64,000 nucleotides of DNA from a bacterium (GTDB lineage: Bacteria; Patescibacteriota; Minisyncoccia; Phycocordibacterales; UBA12079), in NCBI GenBank assembly GCA_030641525.1, contig DAOWHH010000016.1, positions 1,073 through 65,072 of the forward strand. Reading direction: 5' to 3'. Below the pieces are notes generated by a model. The model had not been told where the DNA came from. It did no database searches and saw only the letters and a program-made list of their open reading frames with translations. The translations under genes and the position numbers were made by a program. This document shows positions 51,517-59,290 of the stretch, piece by piece. Position 1 is the stretch's first letter. Every line of letters begins with the position of its first letter.

Positions 51517-51954
51517 TCAATCAAAAAAGAAAGTGATATCAGAACAAATCAAAAAAATAATTATTCCAACAATAATCTTATTTTTGTTATTTTTTATCCA
51601 TCCAATAATATCTATCCAAACCATTCTAAAAAATTGTCTATACGGATTGTTTAAATGCGTTATGTTGATGGTAGTATTTAAATAGAGGGAAAAATTATCT
51701 ACATGAAATTTAAATATATATCCGTTTATAATTTTATTTTTAGGAAGTCTATGCTTATTTATATCTTTATCATCATAATCTGAATCCGAATTGTTTATAA
51801 GTGTATCCAACATTTTATGATATCTGACTAAAAAATACTTATCAACTGATTTTTCCTCAGGAAAAGAAGCGGCCGAACTGAGTAAAGCCTTGATCTCTGA
51901 TTGACATCCCTCCATAACATTTTGTATTTTTATATTATTAATTTTATGATGCAT
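51517..51954 (-). CDS. Hypothetical protein with C-terminal TM
   Basis: ORF overlapping the upstream gene's stop. Confidence 0.6.
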   Translation of the reverse strand: MHHKINNIKIQNVMEGCQSEIKALLSSAASFPEEKSVDKYFLVRYHKMLDTLINNSDSDYDDKDINKHRLPKNKIINGYIFKFHVDNFSLYLNTTINITHLNNPYRQFFRMVWIDIIGWIKNNKNKIIVGIIIFLICSDITFFFD

Positions 51955-52348
51955 TTGTTTTATTTGGGTGCTTGTCCCACAAATCCCAATAAGATTTCTT
52001 GTCTCTAGGATTACCGGGATCTTTTTTTAAATAAGAATATAAAGTACCTTGTATTTGATGTGCCTGTAGCCAAATCCATCTATCGGTCATGTCTTCAGGA
52101 AATCCAGATTCAAGCAATCTTATTTCTAATCCCTCAATAATTTCAGGTGTTGTTATTTTACATTTTTTTATCCAAAGATATCTTCTTTCTTTGTGTACTC
52201 CATTCACGAAAGAATCCAAAGGACCGAGAACTTTATCCCAAAGTTCTACTGTAATTTTAAGTTGATGGGACGATAGAAACTCTTCTATTTTATTGCAGAA
52301 TCTGTCAATAGTTTCTTTCGATGGTTTTTCTTTATACTTTATTTTCAT
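51944..52348 (-). CDS. Hypothetical protein
   Basis: 134-aa ORF. Confidence 0.65.
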   Translation of the reverse strand: MKIKYKEKPSKETIDRFCNKIEEFLSSHQLKITVELWDKVLGPLDSFVNGVHKERRYLWIKKCKITTPEIIEGLEIRLLESGFPEDMTDRWIWLQAHQIQGTLYSYLKKDPGNPRDKKSYWDLWDKHPNKTNAS

Positions 52349-52379
52349 ATATTTAATTATCTTCGTGATAGCTCTAAAA

Positions 52380-52472
52380 TGCGGGCAATCTCGAGCTAGA
52401 ACTGTGGGCGGTTAAGTTTGGTAAGGTTGTTTTTAATAAATTCATTCTATCCTTTTGAAGGCCCTCGTGCAC
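52380..52472. repeat. ~93-bp intergenic repeat, copy 2
   Basis: tgcgggcaatctcgagctagaactgtgg...cctcgtgcac. Confidence 0.9.
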
Positions 52473-52500
52473 TTCTCTTTAATTAAAAATTTTTTGGCGA

Positions 52501-53421
52501 CTATTTAGAATGTCTATTTCCTTTTCCTAAATTACATTTTTCGCAAAGTGTTTGTAAGTTGTCTAGAATTGTTTTACCGCCTTTTGAAAATGGAATTATA
52601 TGATCGATGTGTAATTTACATTTCGGGTCGGTAGCGGGGCTTGTACCACACTTAATACATTTGAACTTATCCCTACTCAAAATTTTATAACGTAAGCCTA
52701 GTTTAATTTCATGGCGATCTTCGCTTGGTACACTAATTTTTTTAATTTCTTCTTCTGGCTCTTTGACAACTGATGTAATCTCTTTTTGTTCTAACTCGTC
52801 GTCTTTTTTATCCATTTTATTAATAAATGCTTCGAGTGCTTTTCTCCAACTTCCAAAACGTGATTCATATGCTGATGGGGTAATTGCCGATGGATGTTCT
52901 GCCATTTCTCTTAAAAAAGGCTGTCGTCCACAATGTGTCCAGACGTTTAACAGGTTTTCATAATATTCATTTTCGGTAAATCTTTTTCCGTAAGGTGACA
53001 ATTGTAATCCTGCCTTTTTAAGTCCTTTGGACCAAGAACCAAATCTGTAAATAACAGTTGAAGCACTAATCATTTCTGAATTATCCTTTATTTCTTCTTG
53101 GGATATATAATTTTTATCGAGTTTCTCAGCAGCCGTTCGTAATTCTTTCAAAATTTCTTTGTCAGTTAAATTTTTATTTTGCTTGCGCATTTTTTCAGAG
53201 ACTGTACGTCCAGAATATTTATGTCCAAGTTTTGCAACATTAAGAGCTTTTTGCCAACCACCTAATCTTTTTTGAATAGTACCAGAAGTTATTTTCCCAT
53301 GCTCATCATAGTCTTTCCTAGTTAATAATTCTTTACCCACAATTACATCAACACGTTTAATCTCATCTATTATTTCTTTGTCGGAGCAATTTCTTGTTAA
53401 GTTTTTTAGTTCAAATTTCAT
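52501..53421 (-). CDS. HNH endonuclease with three homing-endonuclease-associated repeats
   Basis: Repeats RLGGWQKAL / RFGSWSKGL / RFGSWRKAL; CIKCG...HIDHIIP..KGG...NLQTLCEKCN. Confidence 0.9.
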   Translation of the reverse strand: MKFELKNLTRNCSDKEIIDEIKRVDVIVGKELLTRKDYDEHGKITSGTIQKRLGGWQKALNVAKLGHKYSGRTVSEKMRKQNKNLTDKEILKELRTAAEKLDKNYISQEEIKDNSEMISASTVIYRFGSWSKGLKKAGLQLSPYGKRFTENEYYENLLNVWTHCGRQPFLREMAEHPSAITPSAYESRFGSWRKALEAFINKMDKKDDELEQKEITSVVKEPEEEIKKISVPSEDRHEIKLGLRYKILSRDKFKCIKCGTSPATDPKCKLHIDHIIPFSKGGKTILDNLQTLCEKCNLGKGNRHSK

Positions 53422-53494
53422 GTTTTTATCCTAACGTAATTACTGGTTTTATAATAGTAAGTTACTAACAAACTACTTCGTGCTAGCACGATGT

Positions 53495-53644
53495 TGCGGA
53501 GAGGACAGGATTGGTCACGAATCACTAAGTATATTTCTTCGCTATCGCTCAAAATCTACTAAGTGTTCTCGACCCCGACTCAGCGACAAGCACTCGCTCC
53601 GCTCGTCTTGTGTACCGCTTCCGTCTTTCGAATCCTGTCTTCTC
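53495..53644 (-). ncRNA. Structured element copy C bracketed by inverted tRNA-Ser-like 3' ends (possible att remnant)
   Basis: Minus strand ends GTGACC-AATCCTGTCCTCTCCGCA; plus strand 53627-53644 reads ttcgaatcctgtcttctc. Confidence 0.6.
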
Positions 53645-53653
53645 TTCTGTATG

Positions 53654-53698
53654 TTTGAAATCAGGAATACCACTCAATGTGGTATTCCTAATTTCAAA
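53654..53698. terminator. 20-bp-arm inverted repeat
   Basis: tttgaaatcaggaataccac-tcaat-gtggtattcctaatttcaaa. Confidence 0.6.
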
Positions 53699-53791
53699 TG
53701 CGGGCAACCTCGTGCTGGAACCGTGGGGTATCAAGCCCTGTAAGGCGGTTTTAAGCTTTTTAGGACTACTAATCGAAGGATCCTCGTGCAC
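53699..53791. repeat. ~93-bp intergenic repeat, copy 1
   Basis: tgcgggcaacctcgtgctggaaccgtgg...cctcgtgcac. Confidence 0.9.
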
Positions 53792-53807
53792 CTTTGTTTT
53801 TTCAAAA

Positions 53808-53847
53808 AGTGACAAAAGTGACACATAATTGATATATAAAATTACAG
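53808..53847 (+). repeat. 40-bp direct repeat, copy 1
   Basis: agtgacaaaagtgacacataattgatatataaaattacag; copy 2 at 54882-54922. Confidence 0.85.
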
Positions 53848-53903
53848 TCAATTGTAACTTTTGTGATAAATTATGACTCTAAATTCATTAGTTTCAATAA
53901 CCT

Positions 53904-54833
53904 CTAATCATCATCACCCAAATCCGTTCTAAATCTCGCATATATAGGATAATGATCTGAAACTTTAACAACAAAATCTTGATCGGTAATTCCATATTCT
54001 TGATCGAAATAAAATACTTCGGCGCTGTTCGGAATATATTCATAATTTAATGTACTGTCTCTAATTACAATTCTGTCATATGTCCAGCCAGTTTTAGTCA
54101 TTGTGTCCATATCGTTGGTGATTATCCAATGGTAAGGAAAAGATTTGAAAGTATTAGAGGTGGTGTCTTCGTCAAAATAACTACCGTCAGCATTGAAATC
54201 ACCCATAACAATTATGTCTTTTTCATTAGGATTTTTGTTTAAGATTGAATCAACAACATCTGCAAGATGAGCAATTTCTGAATCAGCATCATCCGGTTTT
54301 ATATGAATTCCTGCAAGTGTGAAATCAAAGTCTTCAGCCCGAAAAGAAGCGATATACGGTTCTCTTTCAAAAATATCATTTAAATCTTCATAAACATAAT
54401 CAGAATTTTCTAAAAATTCCACTTGGCAAGTGTTATAGAAATATGCATAAGCCTCTTTACTACTTGTTCTTCCCAGCCTCTGGCTTTTAATAAAGTTAAA
54501 TTTAGGATATTCAAAATCTTCGTTTATTTTAGTTAGATAATATGAAGCAGTTTCTTCTTTTGAGTCTCTTATTTCTTGAACTAATACAACATCAAACTCT
54601 TTGGTAATTTTCTTTAAGACCTTCATGACATCTTCTTTCGCTCTTTTTGTTTTGCCGAATACTTGAATATTAAAAGATGCTATTTTTATTTCTGATTTCG
54701 GGATTTCATTACATGAAGTAGAAGGAGAAGTGCTGATACCATTACCGTTACCAGACAATATAATAATTAAACCTACCACCAACAGAACAAGTAAGTTAAG
54801 GATATTCTTTTTTGATAAGTGTTTTGTAGACAT
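53904..54833 (-). CDS. DNase I-like endonuclease/exonuclease/phosphatase, membrane-anchored
   Basis: IASFNIQVFGKTK, VQEIRD, LGRTSSKEAY, FEREP, MGDFNAD, YDRIV, SDHYP. Confidence 0.9.
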   Translation of the reverse strand: MSTKHLSKKNILNLLVLLVVGLIIILSGNGNGISTSPSTSCNEIPKSEIKIASFNIQVFGKTKRAKEDVMKVLKKITKEFDVVLVQEIRDSKEETASYYLTKINEDFEYPKFNFIKSQRLGRTSSKEAYAYFYNTCQVEFLENSDYVYEDLNDIFEREPYIASFRAEDFDFTLAGIHIKPDDADSEIAHLADVVDSILNKNPNEKDIIVMGDFNADGSYFDEDTTSNTFKSFPYHWIITNDMDTMTKTGWTYDRIVIRDSTLNYEYIPNSAEVFYFDQEYGITDQDFVVKVSDHYPIYARFRTDLGDDD

Positions 54834-54881
54834 GAGTTTATTTTAACATATATAAATTAAAGGATTCTTGAGTATCTTTGT

Positions 54882-54922
54882 AGTGACAAAAAGTGACACA
54901 TAATCGATATATAAAGTTACAG
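54882..54922 (+). repeat. 40-bp direct repeat, copy 2
   Basis: agtgacaaaaagtgacacataatcgatatataaagttacag. Confidence 0.85.
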
Positions 54923-55408
54923 CTTCATGTCACTTTTAATTTCGTTATTATCAAGTACCCAACCGTAAACCTCGACTATGCCAATCTTACTTTTATCAAA
55001 GTCTGGCAACACATTTGGTAGCTTTCCTATTGAGATTAATATTCCAAATTTATAAAAATAAGGATCTTTAAAAAAAGTTTCATTAATCTTGTCGAGATCT
55101 TCTTGAAGATCTTTAGTTTTTGGATTTTTCTTTGCTTGAAAAACAACTAAGTTGTCTGAATGATTACTCCTCTTGTGAATAGCAATATCAGGACGTTTTC
55201 TGTCATTCTTTATAAGTTCAACATCAACATTATGTTTAGAAAACATTTCATTAAGTTTACTCTGAAGATGTGAGCATATATTCCACTCTGTTGTTTTCCA
55301 TATCTCGGGCTCAGTATCTGATATTTGTTTACAAGCAAGTGTTGTTTTGTTTAGAATTTCTTGGATTTCCATATTTTTGTTTTGAATTAAATATTTCTTT
55401 TCATCCAA
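54917..55408 (-). CDS. Small PD-(D/E)xK-like protein
   Basis: EWNICSH, RPDIAIHKRSNH, FQAK; similar to 21268-21681; start may be the internal MEIQE. Confidence 0.55.
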   Translation of the reverse strand: MDEKKYLIQNKNMEIQEILNKTTLACKQISDTEPEIWKTTEWNICSHLQSKLNEMFSKHNVDVELIKNDRKRPDIAIHKRSNHSDNLVVFQAKKNPKTKDLQEDLDKINETFFKDPYFYKFGILISIGKLPNVLPDFDKSKIGIVEVYGWVLDNNEIKSDMKL

Positions 55409-55668
55409 TCAGTAACCTTTTTATCAACTCCCATAGTTCCCCAATCATCATCTGTAACATTCATTACTAATAATTCATCATTAGAGTCAATAAATTTCTT
55501 GAGATGATCTCTGATTTCAGAAGCTGAACTTTCAGAAACAACAAACCAAGTAGACTCTAGTGGTTTTGCCCATGAACCAAGCTTTTTAATTTGATCAATA
55601 AGACGTTTATATTCTGATGATGTTTCTCCTTTGTTTAAATCGTAAGCGATTAAAAATGTTTGTAACAT
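55387..55668 (-). CDS. Small ferredoxin-fold (Cas2/VapD-like) phage-associated protein
   Basis: FLIAYDL...Y..L...IK..G.W...LESTW...IRD.L...ID.ND.L.V. Confidence 0.6.
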   Translation of the reverse strand: MLQTFLIAYDLNKGETSSEYKRLIDQIKKLGSWAKPLESTWFVVSESSASEIRDHLKKFIDSNDELLVMNVTDDDWGTMGVDKKVTDWMKRNI

Positions 55669-55673
55669 AGTTT

Positions 55674-55919
55674 TTAAAATTTAGTATCTTTAGGTGGGCA
55701 TGGATCATTGCCTGGTTTTACTGTGTCACTATCACGAATAGGACCACCGTTTGGTTTATGAATTCTTACTTCACCACCACCAGATTTAGCTGATAATTCT
55801 TTTGCGATTTTTTCGGCTTCTTTTTGGGTGCTAGCTGTAGCAGAAGCACGATTTGCTCCGGCTTTGATAGCTTTCCAAACGCCAGAACCTTTTGGATTTG
55901 TTACATGGTAATTTGCCAT
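55674..55919 (-). CDS. DUF2188-family protein
   Basis: YHVT...W......RAS....TQKEA...A.......GEVRIH...G.IR. Confidence 0.8.
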   Translation of the reverse strand: MANYHVTNPKGSGVWKAIKAGANRASATASTQKEAEKIAKELSAKSGGGEVRIHKPNGGPIRDSDTVKPGNDPCPPKDTKF

Positions 55920-55925
55920 ATGTTT

Positions 55926-56543
55926 TTAATATAGATCTTCTGGAAGTACTGCAACAACTACCCCTTGGATCATACAATTATCTGTTAATACGATAGGTCT
56001 GTGTTCTTTGTTCTTTGATTTTGGTCGAAGAATAATAGCATCACGAGTCCTCTCAAAAATTTTGACAGTTGCTTCATCATTAATAAGAGCAACTACCTTA
56101 TCTCCATTGTCTGCTGTATTTTGCTGTCTTATAAGAAGCAAGTCGCCATTATTGATTCCATCTGCATCCATTGAATCACCTAACGCTCGGAGAAAAAAAT
56201 ATTTTGATCCCTTTTGAACCATTCTTGTTGAAACAGGAATGTAGGTCTGTATATTTTCTTCTGCAAAGATTGGAGTTCCGCAGGCAACAGAGCCAACGAG
56301 GGGGACATCTACAATACTTACAGAATTTTCTTTATAAGTATTCACGAGTACTAAGTTTCTCCCTTTTTTCTTTATAAGACCAGATGCAATAAGTCGATTA
56401 ATTACAAGACTTGCTGACCTTGGAGATCTTCCACCCGTTACTTCGTTAATTTCACGAAGGGTAGGGCTTTCACCATAATGGATAATCTTGTTGCGGATAA
56501 GGGCAAAAGCTTTTTTGTCTTTGTCACTAAGGTTATTTGTCAT
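55926..56543 (-). CDS. lexA: LexA-family repressor (HTH plus S24 peptidase)
   Basis: PTLREI, VACG cleavage site, GDSM, ATVK; element-borne copy. Confidence 0.85.
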   Translation of the reverse strand: MTNNLSDKDKKAFALIRNKIIHYGESPTLREINEVTGGRSPRSASLVINRLIASGLIKKKGRNLVLVNTYKENSVSIVDVPLVGSVACGTPIFAEENIQTYIPVSTRMVQKGSKYFFLRALGDSMDADGINNGDLLLIRQQNTADNGDKVVALINDEATVKIFERTRDAIILRPKSKNKEHRPIVLTDNCMIQGVVVAVLPEDLY

Positions 56544-56616
56544 GGTATAAATAGTATAAATTATTTTATATAATAATGCAAGTATTTTGTTTAAAACCAA
56601 CTCTGTTAAACCACAA

Positions 56617-57309
56617 CTAAGTATTATTTTCTTCTACAACATAATCAATTTTCGTTCTTGCTCCATCTAATACAGGATCATCAAGAGAATACTTTTGGAC
56701 AGGCACAATACCCCTTCCTGAGTATTCTAGTGTTTTATACAAATACCCAAGAAAAGATCCTGTGTACCGATAACAACGTATACATCCTTTTATTTTATCC
56801 TCTACATCATCAGTATAACCTTTCCATTTTTTCAGATAATAATAACGATCAATCCAATCATCAACTGTGTACGTGAGCAAACCAACTAATTCTTGTTGAG
56901 CTAAGACATTACCTTTTTGATACAATCTTACAAGTTTAACTAGAATTTTGTCCCTAGAGGCAAAATCTTTCTCATCAAGTGAAGTAATAAAAGTATATAG
57001 CTTATCTTTATGTTTAGTTAAGATAAGATTAACCTCGTCTTTGTTTTCATATGGTTTTACTACTTTTCGCCTGTACCTTACCCAACGTCTCTGAAATTCT
57101 CTTTCTAGAAGACTGGTAACTCTATCCCAATCTATTTCATCTGTTTCAGTTCTGATATTTTTATGTATAAATCTATATGCACGAGGTACATGTTGAACTA
57201 TCCATGAGCTACTGATTTTTTTAGGTTGTTTTTCACGAATAGTTTTATTTAATTCTTTTATAATACAATTAAGATTCATTGTGAAATTATACACGGGATT
57301 GATTGACAT
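56617..57309 (-). CDS. Hypothetical protein of the integrative element
   Basis: 230-aa ORF; start probably MNLNC. Confidence 0.7.
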   Translation of the reverse strand: MSINPVYNFTMNLNCIIKELNKTIREKQPKKISSSWIVQHVPRAYRFIHKNIRTETDEIDWDRVTSLLEREFQRRWVRYRRKVVKPYENKDEVNLILTKHKDKLYTFITSLDEKDFASRDKILVKLVRLYQKGNVLAQQELVGLLTYTVDDWIDRYYYLKKWKGYTDDVEDKIKGCIRCYRYTGSFLGYLYKTLEYSGRGIVPVQKYSLDDPVLDGARTKIDYVVEENNT

Positions 57310-57618
57310 AATATATGGACCCTATATTATTAAAGGTAAGAGTTCTTGAAGAAAACCACATATTGAGCGCATCTCCTCGAGCGCTACCATGTAATCGGCA
57401 GTACCAATTACATTAACGAGGCCGTCTAAGGAAAAACCTAAGACGAAGAGATTTACATCGGCAGAACCGGAGTGAATCTAGGTAACAAAAAGTAATAGTC
57501 TGATATTTCAGACTAGGTGTTTTTGTTTTCTAGATTTGTTCCGGACAAAATGAAAACACCATTTAAGGGGTGTTTTTTTTCGTTTACTCTTAATATTAAA
57601 AATTAAGAAATAAACAAC

Positions 57619-58902
57619 ATGTATAAATTAAAATGGACAACGGAAAAACGTCGGATTAATGATTTGGTGCCTTTCGAGAGAAACCCTAGGTCAATTAGCC
57701 CAAAACAATTAAAAGATTTAACAAAGAGTCTTAAAAAATTCAATCTTGTTGAGATTCCTGCAATTGATATAGACAACAAAATACTTGCAGGACACCAACG
57801 CCTAAAAGTATTGCAATTACTTGGACGAGGTGACGAGGAAATAGATGTACGAATTCCAAACCGTAAACTCACTAAAAAAGAATCGGAACAATACCTTATA
57901 TCAAGCAACGTTCTTGGTGGTGATTGGGATTTTGAAAAACTTAAATCATTTGATCTAGATTTGTTGATTGATATTGGTTTTGACCAAGTCGACCTCTCTC
58001 ATCTTTGGAATGATGAGTTAGAAGTGCAAGACGAAGATTTTGAAGTTGAAAAAGAATTAAAGCAGATTAAGAAACCTAAAACAAAAATAGGTGATCTTAT
58101 TTATCTTGGCCCCCATAAATTAATTTGTGGTGATTCCACTGATCCAAAAAATTTAAAAAGATTATTTGGTAACGAACAAGCTTCAATGATTTATTCTGAT
58201 CCTGTATACAACATCTCAATTGATTACAACAAAGGTATTGGGGGAAAACAGAGTTATGGTGGGACCGTTAATGACAACAAGTCTGAAGTTGATTATAGGG
58301 ATCTCATCAAACAAAGTCTTGAGAACGCACTGTCGGTAGCAAAGAAGGATACACATATTTTCTACTGGTGTGATCAAACATACATTTGGTTAATTCAAGA
58401 ACTATATCGAGAACTTGGGATAACAAACAAAAGAGTGTGTTTATGGATTAAAAACGGACACAACCCTGTTCCGAGTGTGGCATTTAATAAGTGCTACGAA
58501 CCATGTACTTATGGTGTGCGAGGAAAACCATACATTACTAAGAATATTCAAAACCTCAATGAAGTTTTGAATAAAGAGATTACTACAGGTAATAACTTAC
58601 TTGAAGAAACTCTTGATGAACTCGATGTATGGCTTGTTAAACGTCTTTCTCACAAAGACTATGAACATGCAACAAGCAAGCCACCAAAGTTACACGAAAA
58701 GGCAATTCGTAGATGTACAAAACCCGGAGATATTATTCTTGATTCATTTTCAGGATCAGGAAGTACTTTAATTGCAGGAGAGCAATTAAAACGCAAAGTC
58801 TACGCGGTCGAACTAGAACCTATCTTTTGTGATCTTGTGATTAAAAGATATGAAAAATTAACAGGCGTTAATGCAAAAATAGAAAATGTCAAAGAAAAAT
58901 AA
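57619..58902 (+). CDS. ParB-N domain plus DNA amino-methyltransferase
   Basis: RNPR, ILAGHQR (ParB); DPVY, HATSKP, DSFSGSGST. Confidence 0.88.
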   Translation: MYKLKWTTEKRRINDLVPFERNPRSISPKQLKDLTKSLKKFNLVEIPAIDIDNKILAGHQRLKVLQLLGRGDEEIDVRIPNRKLTKKESEQYLISSNVLGGDWDFEKLKSFDLDLLIDIGFDQVDLSHLWNDELEVQDEDFEVEKELKQIKKPKTKIGDLIYLGPHKLICGDSTDPKNLKRLFGNEQASMIYSDPVYNISIDYNKGIGGKQSYGGTVNDNKSEVDYRDLIKQSLENALSVAKKDTHIFYWCDQTYIWLIQELYRELGITNKRVCLWIKNGHNPVPSVAFNKCYEPCTYGVRGKPYITKNIQNLNEVLNKEITTGNNLLEETLDELDVWLVKRLSHKDYEHATSKPPKLHEKAIRRCTKPGDIILDSFSGSGSTLIAGEQLKRKVYAVELEPIFCDLVIKRYEKLTGVNAKIENVKEK

Positions 58903-59290
58903 AGTTAGAGATTCCTTTCTTGATGAATTAAAGAAAATTCCTATTGTTCAAGTTGCCTGTGAAAAAACAAGAGTTTCTCGCAATAGTATTTATAGGTGGA
59001 AAAAGGAAGATAAGGAGTTTTGCAAAGAAATGGAAGAAGCTTTAGCTGAAGGTGAAGCATTAGTTAACGATATGAGTGAAAGTCAATTACTGACACTTAT
59101 TAAAGAGAAAAACTTCTCTGCTATAAGCTTCTGGCTTCGACATAGAAATTCAAAGTTTAAAAACAAAGTTGAAGTTACCACAAAAATAGGAATTGATGAC
59201 GACGATCTTACGCCCGAACAAGAAACTATTGTAAAAAGAGCTTTAGAGCTTGCAACTTCAACTAAACCTAATGAAAAAAATCATGACTGA
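58886..59290 (+). CDS. HTH protein, probable terminase small subunit
   Basis: VQVACEKTRVSRNSIYRWKKEDKEF; position upstream of TerL. Confidence 0.65.
   Translation: MSKKNKVRDSFLDELKKIPIVQVACEKTRVSRNSIYRWKKEDKEFCKEMEEALAEGEALVNDMSESQLLTLIKEKNFSAISFWLRHRNSKFKNKVEVTTKIGIDDDDLTPEQETIVKRALELATSTKPNEKNHD

Noticed and set aside
51417-53791. Classical integron attC array
   Set aside because: The repeats lack complementary RYYYAAC/GTTRRRY ends, do not fold end to end, and no IntI is present
53480-53851. Three overlapping ORFs (87, 100 and 72 aa)
   Set aside because: They span the structured element and repeats, and show no protein-like features
55387-55668. CRISPR Cas2 gene
   Set aside because: Only a YDL ferredoxin-fold resemblance; no cas1 or array, and it sits in a repressor operon
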